Shown here: in pieces, positions 53,770 to 63,668 of the stretch | Layout: the number at the start of each line of letters is the position of its first letter | Numbering within the stretch: position 1 is the first letter of the stretch | Assembly (NCBI GenBank): GCA_048941285.1 | Contig: JBHLNS010000004.1 | Span: 2,896-66,895, forward strand | Length of the DNA stretch: 64,000 nucleotides | Direction: 5' to 3' | Source of the DNA: Promethearchaeota archaeon | GTDB lineage: Archaea > Asgardarchaeota > Lokiarchaeia > Sigyniarchaeales > SOKP01 | Made by a program: the position numbers and the translations under genes | Notes under the pieces: model-generated | Databases searched by the model: none | Seen by the model: the letters and a program-made list of their open reading frames with translations, nothing else | What the model was told of the DNA's origin: nothing

Positions 53770-55209
53770 TTAAAAAATAGTCCCTTCCTTTTGTTCTTCT
53801 ATTGGTTCAGAATGAAGAAAAATTGAGTCTAAGTTATCAATACCTAATTCATCTCTAATTTTATTCTCTATTTCAGAAATGTAATTATGTATTTTTGATA
53901 TGTTTAATGTACCATCAAAAAATATATGAGCTTCTAATACACAGTAATCTAATGTTGCCCAAAATTCTATTTTATGATATCCTTTAACTTTGGGGTGTTT
54001 TCTTAAAACTTTTTCAACCGAATCACTAATTTGCTGTATCATTTCTGGTCCAACATCTGCACATTTTACTTGCCCTGGGGATGAAATTCTACTGTATGGC
54101 TGACCTTCTATATGAGTAATAACTCTGGATATGTAGGAGGCTTGTTTTTTTATCTCATCCTCAAAATGAGAGCAAATCTGATGAGCTTTTAAAAGGGAAA
54201 GCGTTTCATCAACAATCACGATTAAAGAAATAAAATATTCATTTTGAATACTAAAGATGTTTAGGTCCTTAAAATTCACGATCTCTGGGTAATCAGATCT
54301 CATTGAAAAAATTAAATTAATTAATCCTTCACCGATTGATGCTTCACTTGCCATCGGATTCATTTCTACAATACATTCTACTTCATATAACGGAAATAAC
54401 CTCTCACTTAAGCTTCTAATAGATGTTATTATCTCATTCGCGTGAACAATTGAAATATGGTCTTCCACTGACAAAATAACCTCTAAAAATAAAGTTTTGC
54501 CACTTGTCCGAAGTTTTATATTATTTACCCCGATAACATGTTCTAAAACAAATATTTTCTGTCTTAATTCTTCAATTATAATTGAACTTATCGGATTCGT
54601 ATCTGTAAGTTCTTTAATACCCTTTTTAGCTAAACTAAGTGCTCCAACTATAATCCAAAGAGAAAGAACAATACTAAGTATTGGATCGAGAAAAATAATG
54701 TTAAAGTAAGCAAAAATGAAACTTAGAAAGACGATGACAGCTCTCATAGAATCTTGAAATAAATTAAGACCTTGTATTTCCATAGTTAGGCTTCTATGGC
54801 TCTTTCCTTTTGATATTAACACTCTTGAAAAGCTTAAATTTACTATAAAAGAAATTATTAACAATAACAAACCAATTTCAGGGTTAACAACTTGGAAATT
54901 GGCTGAAATGATTGTTTGGATCGCATTATAAATTAAAACAACATAGATGTTAATAAGGATTATCCCTTGAATCAATGCGGAAAGGGAATCAATTTTTGTA
55001 TGCCCAAACATATGCTCATAATCAGCTGGTTTTTGACTATAATATAAGGAATATAATGTTATGGAGACAAAAAGTATGTCTGTGAAAGTATCAGCTGTTT
55101 CAGACAAAAAACTTAAACTTCCTGTAATTAAAACTCCCAGAAGTTTCAATGCAGATTGGAATAATATCACTATAAGTGTTAAAACAGCGAATTTTAATTT
55201 AATATTCAT
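53770..55209 (-). CDS. cation diffusion facilitator (CDF) transporter with three tandem cytoplasmic C-terminal domains
   Basis: Six TM helices with a CDF-like TM2 (SETADTFTDILF). Three repeats of the CTD pattern follow: VIGVNNIKLRTSGKTLFLEVIL...EMNP, IVNFKDLNIFSIQNEYFISLIV...THIEG, and VKGYHKIEFWATLDYCVLEAHIF...LHSEP. Confidence 0.7.
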   Translation of the reverse strand: MNIKLKFAVLTLIVILFQSALKLLGVLITGSLSFLSETADTFTDILFVSITLYSLYYSQKPADYEHMFGHTKIDSLSALIQGIILINIYVVLIYNAIQTIISANFQVVNPEIGLLLLIISFIVNLSFSRVLISKGKSHRSLTMEIQGLNLFQDSMRAVIVFLSFIFAYFNIIFLDPILSIVLSLWIIVGALSLAKKGIKELTDTNPISSIIIEELRQKIFVLEHVIGVNNIKLRTSGKTLFLEVILSVEDHISIVHANEIITSIRSLSERLFPLYEVECIVEMNPMASEASIGEGLINLIFSMRSDYPEIVNFKDLNIFSIQNEYFISLIVIVDETLSLLKAHQICSHFEDEIKKQASYISRVITHIEGQPYSRISSPGQVKCADVGPEMIQQISDSVEKVLRKHPKVKGYHKIEFWATLDYCVLEAHIFFDGTLNISKIHNYISEIENKIRDELGIDNLDSIFLHSEPIEEQKEGTIF

Positions 55210-55227
55210 GTCAAGTATATTTTATTA

Positions 55228-55734
55228 TTATTCGGGTTTATATTTTTTCAGTTTTGGGACGAACAAATTTACATTTTTTTTATAATGAAGATATTTTTGA
55301 CCAAATTTTTGGAGTAAATATTTTTCTTCTTTTCTAATGAAAATCCTTACTAAAATATAATATATAACGAGTAGAAAAAAGAGAATCCAACTGTTAAATA
55401 GGCAAAAAATACCAGGAAGCGTCAATAGACCCCAAGAAGCGTACATTGGATGTCTCACATATGCATAAGTTTTTGTTGTGTTTAATTCTGATGAACTATG
55501 TGCAGCACTTAAAATTCTTTCAGAATAAATGAATACAAAAATGCCAAATGCTATTAAAATCAATCCAATAATAACTAATAAATAATATTCAACTGGAAAT
55601 TGGAAAAGTGGATAATAAATGGAATTGATAATCCCAAATATAACGAAAAAGGGACAAATAGATAGTAAAACTTTTGGGCCAATTCCTAATAATGGAAATT
55701 GATCTTTTGAGTTTTCATTAGATGGACTATTCAT
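55228..55734 (-). CDS. isoprenylcysteine carboxyl methyltransferase (ICMT)/phospholipid methyltransferase-family membrane protein
   Basis: TYAYVRHPMYASWGLLTLPG motif in a 4-5 TM protein. Confidence 0.6.
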   Translation of the reverse strand: MNSPSNENSKDQFPLLGIGPKVLLSICPFFVIFGIINSIYYPLFQFPVEYYLLVIIGLILIAFGIFVFIYSERILSAAHSSSELNTTKTYAYVRHPMYASWGLLTLPGIFCLFNSWILFFLLVIYYILVRIFIRKEEKYLLQKFGQKYLHYKKNVNLFVPKLKKYKPE

Positions 55735-55905
55735 TTCTAAATAATAGTAAAATTCTCATTATAATAATTTACTTAGAAAACTCTTATTTATATAACTTAC
55801 TATGATTTAAACGGGTAAATTTTAAGGTTTTCAAAGATTTGCTGACTTTTGTTTCATCAGAAGAAAATTTTTTATTAAAATCCTCTTTATATTTTTTTTA
55901 AAATA

Positions 55906-57267
55906 TCATTTTTCTTCAAGCCACCATTGACCTGTAAGTCTACCCTTATATCCCTCCTTATATTGCGGATTTTTCGCCAAAGAAAATTTCTCAAATGTCC
56001 CTAAATGATCTTTTATTTGAGTTAATAATTCTTTTTTTGTTAATCCAACATTGAACTCTCTTACTACTATTTCAGCCCAGTCTTTCTCACGATATCTTCC
56101 ATGGTAGAAACCATAATCTTTAGGAGCATAACATCCTGTACAAGGAGCATTCGCATTTATACATTGTGCCCCACATCCTGCATTAGTTCTTGGACCCAAA
56201 CAAACGTATCCTTGTTCTATAAAACAGTCTTCTGTATTAGGTAGACCTTCATAATCTCTTTTAACTCTTGTCATTTTCATTCTTCCCCTTATTCTTCCAC
56301 AGGTATCACAAACCGTGGATATTGGAATAAAATCTGATGAGAGTTTCAGGTTCTTTGGAAATCTTTTTTCTCGCAAAAATTCATTAATTTTTATTGTAAT
56401 TTCCTCAGTCTCTGAAGGCATTTGAGGTAATGCTGGCCCCACTAAGAGAAAATTAGCGAGCATAGGGAGATTGTTAAACAAAGGATAAAACTCACGCAAA
56501 GCTTTTTGATTTACTTCATCTAGGCTATCTAAATTATTTGTAATCTCTTTTAATTTCTCGACTTTAGAAGATAGGGCTTTTGAAGGACCTCTACAACCCA
56601 CACATGGTTTATCTTGACTAGTGCATTTTAAAACACAGCCAGAACTAGTTATAGGCCCAAAACAGAGAGTTCCTAAATCCAAAAGACATCTTGTACTATA
56701 TAATACACATTCATCACAGTAGGTATTATCAGTCATCGGAAATGGAGTTTTCCCTAATAAAGAAAGTATATTACTTACAATCGCTTCCGTTTTAGGAGGA
56801 CAACCCACAAAATATGAATCAATCTTGATTAAATCATCAATACCTTTGACAGACACTTCAAAACCGGGAAGATTAACAGTTGGCTCTTTAGGATTTTCAG
56901 TTGTTATAGATTCAACTTCCTTAAATTTTCTTTTTATTAAATCTTCTAATGGATAATTATTTGCCATAGCAATTACACCACCTTGACAAGCACACGTTCC
57001 AAAAGTAGAAAGGAATTTGCATTTCTCTCTCATTAATCTCAAATTCTCTAGATCTTGGGCTGTTCTTACGGCACCCTCAATTATTCCGAGATCAATTTCA
57101 CCATCTCCCTTTGCCTTTAAAGAATCGAGTTTAAAATCCACGACTGCTGGCCAATATACGAACTCTAACTCAGGGAGAACAGGTAATAACTGAAGGTGAG
57201 CATTTAAAAGGCTTTGATGGCATCCCCAACAACTACTTAATTGCATAAAAGCTACTTTTACTGGCAT
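55906..57267 (-). CDS. [NiFe]-hydrogenase small-subunit-like Fe-S protein (MvhG/FrhG-like) with duplicated C-terminal Cys module
   Basis: N-terminus MQLSSCWGCHQSLL...IIEGAV...STFGTCACQGG matches the small-subunit fold. The module CDEC...CFGP...GC..KC....PCVGCRGP is followed by a second one, CDTC...CLGP...GCGAQC....PCTGCYAP. No large-subunit gene is adjacent. Confidence 0.65.
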   Translation of the reverse strand: MPVKVAFMQLSSCWGCHQSLLNAHLQLLPVLPELEFVYWPAVVDFKLDSLKAKGDGEIDLGIIEGAVRTAQDLENLRLMREKCKFLSTFGTCACQGGVIAMANNYPLEDLIKRKFKEVESITTENPKEPTVNLPGFEVSVKGIDDLIKIDSYFVGCPPKTEAIVSNILSLLGKTPFPMTDNTYCDECVLYSTRCLLDLGTLCFGPITSSGCVLKCTSQDKPCVGCRGPSKALSSKVEKLKEITNNLDSLDEVNQKALREFYPLFNNLPMLANFLLVGPALPQMPSETEEITIKINEFLREKRFPKNLKLSSDFIPISTVCDTCGRIRGRMKMTRVKRDYEGLPNTEDCFIEQGYVCLGPRTNAGCGAQCINANAPCTGCYAPKDYGFYHGRYREKDWAEIVVREFNVGLTKKELLTQIKDHLGTFEKFSLAKNPQYKEGYKGRLTGQWWLEEK

Positions 57268-57476
57268 TTTACTTCAACTATTTAATCAATATATGTTATT
57301 TTTTCGATAATGTTCTATATAAAAATTGCTATAATAAGATATTTATTATAAACTTTCATAGCTATTGTATTAATTTGACACAAATGTGAATCTAATGAAG
57401 TTATAATAGATAAGTGAAAGATTAAAAAAGGGGATCGATGAAATATATATTACAATTATTTTCTTGTTGATTATTC

Positions 57477-59027
57477 TTGGTAAAAACCTACTTAAAAACA
57501 GAAAATATTATATTATCAGAAATAAAAAGTCAAAAATTTCCAGAAAGAATTGTAGATACAAAAGTTAAAATAAAAAGTATAAAGTTTGACCTTTTAATTT
57601 GGAATATAATAAATAAATTTCATTTAACTAAATTTTTTCATCTATTTAATAAACAATGTTATAAATGCAAGCGGAATTTTTCTGAAATCTTTTTAGATTA
57701 CTATGTAAATAAAAAGATAAAATGTGGTAAATGCAGATATAAAACGATTTTTTCAACTTCATTGATTTCATTTGTTTTAAATGCAGTAAGTCGAAGTTTG
57801 AATATACCAAAAAAGAGATTTCCAGAAATTTTGAGGGAAAATAAGCCATTAAAACGATTAGCTTTATCATACATCGAAGGAATTGGAATGTATGGCTTCA
57901 AGATGCCAACTGTCCCTATAGGTCCCCCAGTTGTATTTTGGTCGGTTACCCATCGTTGTAATCTAAATTGTACTCATTGTTATGTCGATCAAGATTCGAT
58001 GGAAATACCATTTGATGAAGCCTGCAAAATAATTGATCAACTCTCAGAAGCAAAAAATTTCATTCTAATATTTTTTGGTGGGGAAGCCCTTCTTCGAAAG
58101 GATATATTTGAACTTATGCGATATGCATCTAAAAAGGATATTAATGTTGCTCTCGCGTCTAATGGGACGCTGATTGATAAAGCAATGGCTAAAAAATTAA
58201 AAAATACAGGGGTTGGTTATGTTCAAGTAAGCATTGATGGTTTGAGGGATATACATGAGCAAATACGCGGGTTAAATACTTTTGATAAAGCAATATCTGC
58301 GATTAAAAATTGTTTAAATGAAGGATTTTACACTTGTATAGGCACAACAATAACGAAACAGAATGTTCATCAAATATATGAATTGGTTGATTTAGCTAAA
58401 TCATTAAAAGTTCAAAAGTTTGAGATAGTCGATTTTGTTCCCTCGGGAAAAGCTTCTTCAAAAGCTCATATAACACTTTCCCCACTCCAGATAGAAAAAT
58501 TTAGTGTAATCGTATGTGATATATGGCAAGAACTTATTGAAGAGGGATATCCATTGACTCTTTCATATAAAAACCCAGTTTTTGCTAGAATTCTAGCCCA
58601 AAGATTTCCAGAAGTCATTATAGCTCCTTTTTTCAAGAGTATTTTTTCAAAAGAGGCGCTTTCATATTTTAATTTTTCTGAACGGCTTGGTAGTGGTGTG
58701 TTTAGCAAACAGAGTCCCTTTTCTCCATTTATAACTGGATGCGAGTGTGGCGTATTTACTATGCATATTAAATCAAACGGTGATGTAACTCCATGTCCTC
58801 TTAACCCCACATATCTAGGTAATGTTAAAAAGCACCATCTACAAAAAATATGGCTTGGTTCTCCGGTTCTAAATCAGTATCGTAGTTTAAAATTTTCGGG
58901 TCAATGTGGGAAATGTAACTTTAAAACTATATGTGGGGGATGTAGAGCAAAAGCTTTTATAACATCCGGTAGTAATATCACATCAGACCCTACATGTATA
59001 CTTGAAATTAAATCCAAAATGAAATAA
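57477..59027 (+). CDS. radical SAM protein with SPASM domain (N-terminal Cys-ribbon extension if TTG start is real)
   Basis: CNLNCTHC (Cx3Cx2C) and the C-terminal SPASM-like CECG...TPC...CGKC...CGGCRA. An alternative in-frame ATG at 57888 would give a canonical-length enzyme. Confidence 0.8.
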   Translation: MVKTYLKTENIILSEIKSQKFPERIVDTKVKIKSIKFDLLIWNIINKFHLTKFFHLFNKQCYKCKRNFSEIFLDYYVNKKIKCGKCRYKTIFSTSLISFVLNAVSRSLNIPKKRFPEILRENKPLKRLALSYIEGIGMYGFKMPTVPIGPPVVFWSVTHRCNLNCTHCYVDQDSMEIPFDEACKIIDQLSEAKNFILIFFGGEALLRKDIFELMRYASKKDINVALASNGTLIDKAMAKKLKNTGVGYVQVSIDGLRDIHEQIRGLNTFDKAISAIKNCLNEGFYTCIGTTITKQNVHQIYELVDLAKSLKVQKFEIVDFVPSGKASSKAHITLSPLQIEKFSVIVCDIWQELIEEGYPLTLSYKNPVFARILAQRFPEVIIAPFFKSIFSKEALSYFNFSERLGSGVFSKQSPFSPFITGCECGVFTMHIKSNGDVTPCPLNPTYLGNVKKHHLQKIWLGSPVLNQYRSLKFSGQCGKCNFKTICGGCRAKAFITSGSNITSDPTCILEIKSKMK

Positions 59028-59149
59028 CAAGAAAAAATGACCTTATATTTGGTATAAGTCGTAAGATTACAGGCATTTGACTGCAATAACGATTAATTTC
59101 TAAAAATTAAACAAATTGTTCTTTAGTAAAGGTGGTATTTGAATAAAAA

Positions 59150-61090
59150 ATGGTTGAAGGGTTTGAATATCTAGATAGAGTTGTATATAAGGTCTTGGAG
59201 ACCTATTCCAATGTTCATAGAGGTACTGGTCATAATTCAATGGTGACTACTGCCTTATTTGAACAAGCAAGAAATGTAATTCTAGAATATTTTCAATTAG
59301 AAAAAAAAGAATATACTGTAGTTTTTTGTAGTCCACTAAGGTTTAGGATATTCAAAAAGCAATTAAAACATTTAGTTTATTATTCTTTGTCAAGTAAAGA
59401 TTTAGGTTTACCATTAGGTGTGAGGGTAATTGCTTTAAAGAAAAAAGATCTTCAGAAATGTTCTGTAATTTATACCGGTGGAGGCATGATAAAGCATGTC
59501 ACTTCTAATTATGTAGTGTGGGCAGATCTTCCAGATAGATTTGAAGCAGGTACACCTAATATAATTAATGTAATAGCGTTTGCTAGTGCTGTTCAATTAG
59601 TTAAAAAATTCGGCATTGAATTTCAAGAAAAGCAAGTTACTTGGAGAATGTTGTCAGGTGAAATATTACATCAAGATGATTTAGGTGAAATCTCTGGAAC
59701 CAAACTATTACTAGAACTTAAAAAATCATCAATAGGTAATGATATTTATGTCCCAACAGTTAAAGGAAAAAAAAAGTTTATTAATCTAGACAATGCAGCA
59801 AGTACACCTTCATTTTCACCTATTTGGGAGGTATTCTGTAAAACAATACGTCAATCAAAGGAAATTCATAAAAAAATTATACATGATGTTAAAGCTATCA
59901 TAGCTAATTTTCTGAGCGCGCCCTTGGAAAAATATGATATTCTATTTACATTAAATACAACTGAAGCTATAAATATTCTAGCACGTAGTTTAACCAGATT
60001 ATCTAAAAAAAATAAAAATTTTATCATTATTAACACAAAAGCAGAGCATCACTCTAATGAACTTCCTTTCCGTTACATACCACGGGCTAAACTAATTAGA
60101 ATTTCTATTGATGATAATGGTTTTATAGATTTAGATGAATTAGAAAAAGTACTTCGTGCTTATAACCGAGATCATAAATATGGACTTGTGCGAGTTCAAA
60201 TAGTAGCTTTGAGTGGTGGGTCCAATGTTCTAGGTAATTGTAATGATCTTCAATCAATTAGCAATATTGTTCATGAATATGGTGCTAAATTACTTGTTGA
60301 TGGAGCCCAAATAGTAGCACACCATAAAATAAATATCTCTGATGTCAATATTGATTATTTTGCCTTTTCAGGACATAAAACATATGCCCCATTTGGTACT
60401 GGCGTTCTTTTGGTGAAAAAGGGGCTTTTATTATTTAATCCTGATGAAATTAATGAAATCAAATTATCTGGGGAGGAAAATGTTGCCGGTATTGCTACAT
60501 TGGGGAAAGCAATTTTACTATTAGAAAGAATTGGTATTGATATTATTGAAGATTATGAAAAGGAATTGACACGACTTGCTTTAAATGGATTAAATAATTT
60601 AGAAGAAGTAAAAGTCTTTGGAGTTAATAGTACAACGCCTAACAAATTCAATACTCGAGGAAGTATTATATCTTTTAACTTAAAAAGTGTTCCACATAAT
60701 GTCGCTGCAAAAGAGCTCGCAGAATATGGAGGAATTGGTATTCGTAATGGTTGTTTTTGTGCACATATGTTAATTCAACATGTGCTTAAAATCCAACAAA
60801 TCAGAGTTTTAGGGGCAAGATTGACTTCTATTATATTTCCAAAAAGAACGGCATTGTGCCTTCCAGGAACATTGAGAGTAAGTTTTGGAATTGAGAATGA
60901 TAAAACTGATGTAGAATGTCTATTGAACACAATTCAGAAAATGATTCAAAAACCTAGATCAATTATGGATAAATTATTTGGTCATACTAATAATGGAACT
61001 CTATTTGTACCAAGGACTAAAACTGAAGAAAAGATGAAATATTATGTTAAGTATATTATTAACAAAGTTTATTCAACTAAAAATGAATAA
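59150..61090 (+). CDS. class-V aminotransferase-fold PLP enzyme (cysteine desulfurase/selenocysteine lyase-like), long form
   Basis: YSNVHRGTGH, HHSNELPF and FSGHKTYAPFGTGVLL (PLP-Lys context). At 646 aa it carries an internal insertion relative to ~400-aa family members. Confidence 0.7.
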   Translation: MVEGFEYLDRVVYKVLETYSNVHRGTGHNSMVTTALFEQARNVILEYFQLEKKEYTVVFCSPLRFRIFKKQLKHLVYYSLSSKDLGLPLGVRVIALKKKDLQKCSVIYTGGGMIKHVTSNYVVWADLPDRFEAGTPNIINVIAFASAVQLVKKFGIEFQEKQVTWRMLSGEILHQDDLGEISGTKLLLELKKSSIGNDIYVPTVKGKKKFINLDNAASTPSFSPIWEVFCKTIRQSKEIHKKIIHDVKAIIANFLSAPLEKYDILFTLNTTEAINILARSLTRLSKKNKNFIIINTKAEHHSNELPFRYIPRAKLIRISIDDNGFIDLDELEKVLRAYNRDHKYGLVRVQIVALSGGSNVLGNCNDLQSISNIVHEYGAKLLVDGAQIVAHHKINISDVNIDYFAFSGHKTYAPFGTGVLLVKKGLLLFNPDEINEIKLSGEENVAGIATLGKAILLLERIGIDIIEDYEKELTRLALNGLNNLEEVKVFGVNSTTPNKFNTRGSIISFNLKSVPHNVAAKELAEYGGIGIRNGCFCAHMLIQHVLKIQQIRVLGARLTSIIFPKRTALCLPGTLRVSFGIENDKTDVECLLNTIQKMIQKPRSIMDKLFGHTNNGTLFVPRTKTEEKMKYYVKYIINKVYSTKNE

Positions 61091-61140
61091 AATTTTCAAT
61101 TTTATAGAATTGGTATATAAAAATAAGAAATTTAAATTAG

Positions 61141-62025
61141 TTAACTTCCAACTAATTCTCCTATAGCAGTAAGGATAACTTTTCCACCAACAGAGACACT
61201 AATATCTTTTTCATCACTTTCTTCTGCTCTTAAGTGAAGCAATGAAGGTCTTCCTACTTCATATCCCTGTTCAACTCTAATGTCTATACGCTTTTTGATA
61301 AAATATTGATGTTTTACTAAATACGCAGCTAAACAACCATTCCCGCTTCCTGTAGCAGGATCTTCGGGAATGCCATGATAATGTGCGAATACTCGGACAC
61401 TTAGATCATTTCCCTTATTACGTGTTTCTGGGCAAAAAATTAAAATCGATTTCGCTTCAATTTTTTCCATCAGTTCAAAACATTTATCTATATTTACTTT
61501 TGCTCGTTTTAGGGCATCTAATGTTTTTAATGGCACAATAATAAAAGGACCTCCAGTAGATACCTCTTGAATTGGAAATCTATTATCAATATCATATTCC
61601 TCTAAATTCAGAATCTCAGAAATTGTTTCTGTATCAAAAAATCTGCCAAAAGTGGGAGGATTCTGTTCCATCCAAATTAAGTCAGGCTTTCCAGATTTAT
61701 ATTTAAATAAAACAGGAATTGGTCCAATTTTGAGATTAAGAAGAATTGTTTTAACATTACCCTTAATTAATTCTTGTTGAATTACATAAGCTGTCCCTAT
61801 TGTAGGATGTCCCGCAAAGGGTAATTCTACTTCTGGGGTAAAAATACGAATATCGTAATTTTCTTTGGATGTAATAAAAGTAGTCTCCGAATAGTTCATC
61901 TCTTTTGCTATTTTTTGCATTTCAGCTTCGAAAAGTATCTCTTCACAAATAAATACAGCTAGTTGGTTTCCTTCAAATTTTCTTTCAGCAAACACATCTA
62001 ATATATAAAACTTACACTTTGGCAT
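61141..62025 (-). CDS. PhzF-family isomerase/epimerase-like protein
   Basis: FYILDVFAERKFEGNQLAVF, YSETTFI, PFAGHPTIGTAYV and PATGSGNGCLAAYL. Confidence 0.85.
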   Translation of the reverse strand: MPKCKFYILDVFAERKFEGNQLAVFICEEILFEAEMQKIAKEMNYSETTFITSKENYDIRIFTPEVELPFAGHPTIGTAYVIQQELIKGNVKTILLNLKIGPIPVLFKYKSGKPDLIWMEQNPPTFGRFFDTETISEILNLEEYDIDNRFPIQEVSTGGPFIIVPLKTLDALKRAKVNIDKCFELMEKIEAKSILIFCPETRNKGNDLSVRVFAHYHGIPEDPATGSGNGCLAAYLVKHQYFIKKRIDIRVEQGYEVGRPSLLHLRAEESDEKDISVSVGGKVILTAIGELVGS

Positions 62026-62198
62026 GAATTAACCTCTCTATTTATTTAACCTCAACAATAATATTATATTCAATATAAAAACTGAATTGTTTTTAATATG
62101 TATTTATTTTGGTTTTTCTTTAATATTCAATATTTTTATTTCTATTAAAATTTATAATTATATTTTTTATTAAAAAAATTCAATTATACAGATATAAA

Positions 62199-62654
62199 AT
62201 GAAAATTAAAGATTCTGAAAAAATTGGTAGAATATTTTTCGAAGAGTTATGGAGTAAACCAGATCTTAATATAGCAGATGAAATAATTGATCCAGAATAC
62301 AAACCAAGTTGGATTCAGATAGATAAAATTGGTCCTGCCCAGATAAAGCATGAAATCCAACACTTTCGATCCCTTTTTCCAGATTTAAAATATGAGATTG
62401 TTGAGATAAAGGGAGAAGAAGATAAGGTTTGGATTCGATATAAAGGGCATGGAACGCACCTTGGAAAAGGATGGGGTTTCGATCCTACAGGGAAAGAAGT
62501 AACCTTTGAAGGAGCAACAATTTTATATATAAATTCAGAAGGTAAGATTATTGATCAATGGGGTGCGTTTTGCTTTTATGATATTTTTTATGAACTCGGA
62601 GTGGTACCCCCCTTTTGGCAATTATCTCAATATATTTCAGGTATGAAAAAGTAG
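62199..62654 (+). CDS. SnoaL-like ester cyclase family protein
   Basis: LFPDLKYEIVEI..EEDKVWIRYKGHGTHLG...PTGKEVTFEGATILYINSEGKIIDQWG. Confidence 0.7.
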   Translation: MKIKDSEKIGRIFFEELWSKPDLNIADEIIDPEYKPSWIQIDKIGPAQIKHEIQHFRSLFPDLKYEIVEIKGEEDKVWIRYKGHGTHLGKGWGFDPTGKEVTFEGATILYINSEGKIIDQWGAFCFYDIFYELGVVPPFWQLSQYISGMKK

Positions 62655-62663
62655 ATTTATTTC

Positions 62664-63530
62664 TTATTTTTTTGCAGGAGAAGCATAACAATAATGACAA
62701 TTATGCTTACACCGAAAAATTCCAGTATAACCTCCAATATCTTTCGATTTAGAGCATCCACAATCTTTTCTCTGACCTATATCCTTTATTTTAGGTATTT
62801 GTTCACCCACAATCTTCTCAATTTTATAAGCATCGATACAGTGTGCTTGATCAATTCCTTCTATATTATGTAAGTCTGGTTGGCAACACGCCTTCATTTT
62901 AATATTATTCTGGGCACAAATATCTATCATGTTATTTAGAATCTCTATTTTCTTTTGAAAAGGGGGATCGATTGGAGTATATCCCCTAGCATTCATACGA
63001 TTCTTCACTTTTTCATAAATTGTTGCAAAAGAAAAAATCATTTCTGTCAACCCTAGTTTCGAAACGTTCTCAATGATATATTCAAATTTATCTAAATTAC
63101 TTTTTATTGTATTAGAACCATGCTTTTTATAGACAATTATTGGATCAAACCTGAAATTAACTGCTAGTAAACCAAATTCATTGATTAACCATTCTAATTG
63201 CTTAAACCTCTGTTCTAAAGAAATTTTCACATTATTTTCTAATTCTGAGGGGGAATTAATTGTGAATTGGAAGGAGTGCCCTTTATACTTTTTAAATAGA
63301 TTTTCATTTTCGTTAAATTTTTTGATCCAATCTTCAAAATTTTTAGACCACCACACCCAACATTTAACATCCTCCGATTTTAAAGAAATTCGAGATACTT
63401 GTTTCTTATTAAAAGGATTCGCTACATCTACATATCCAATTTTTATATTATGAATAACCCAATCCATTAAAAAAGCAGGTATATCCGTCCTCCGACTACA
63501 AGATATAATAGGAAATTTTATTTCTCTCAT
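62664..63530 (-). CDS. DUF1848-family protein (Cys-rich C-terminus)
   Basis: N-terminus IISCSRRTDIPAFLMDW...NPFNKKQVSRISL and C-terminus CGCSKSKDIGGY..CKHNCHYCYA. Confidence 0.6.
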   Translation of the reverse strand: MREIKFPIISCSRRTDIPAFLMDWVIHNIKIGYVDVANPFNKKQVSRISLKSEDVKCWVWWSKNFEDWIKKFNENENLFKKYKGHSFQFTINSPSELENNVKISLEQRFKQLEWLINEFGLLAVNFRFDPIIVYKKHGSNTIKSNLDKFEYIIENVSKLGLTEMIFSFATIYEKVKNRMNARGYTPIDPPFQKKIEILNNMIDICAQNNIKMKACCQPDLHNIEGIDQAHCIDAYKIEKIVGEQIPKIKDIGQRKDCGCSKSKDIGGYTGIFRCKHNCHYCYASPAKK

Positions 63531-63668
63531 TTATCAGATCAATTTTTTTATAAATCCTTTTCCTTCACAATTCTTTTAGAACTTATCAAAAAAACTTCTT
63601 TAATGATCAAATAAGCATCTAAATAATTTCAAATTTAATTTTTAAGGATTGCAAGATTCTTGATATTT

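Noticed and set aside
58466-58810. 114-aa ORF on the - strand
   Set aside because: It is antisense inside the radical SAM/SPASM gene, whose frame carries the diagnostic Cys motifs.
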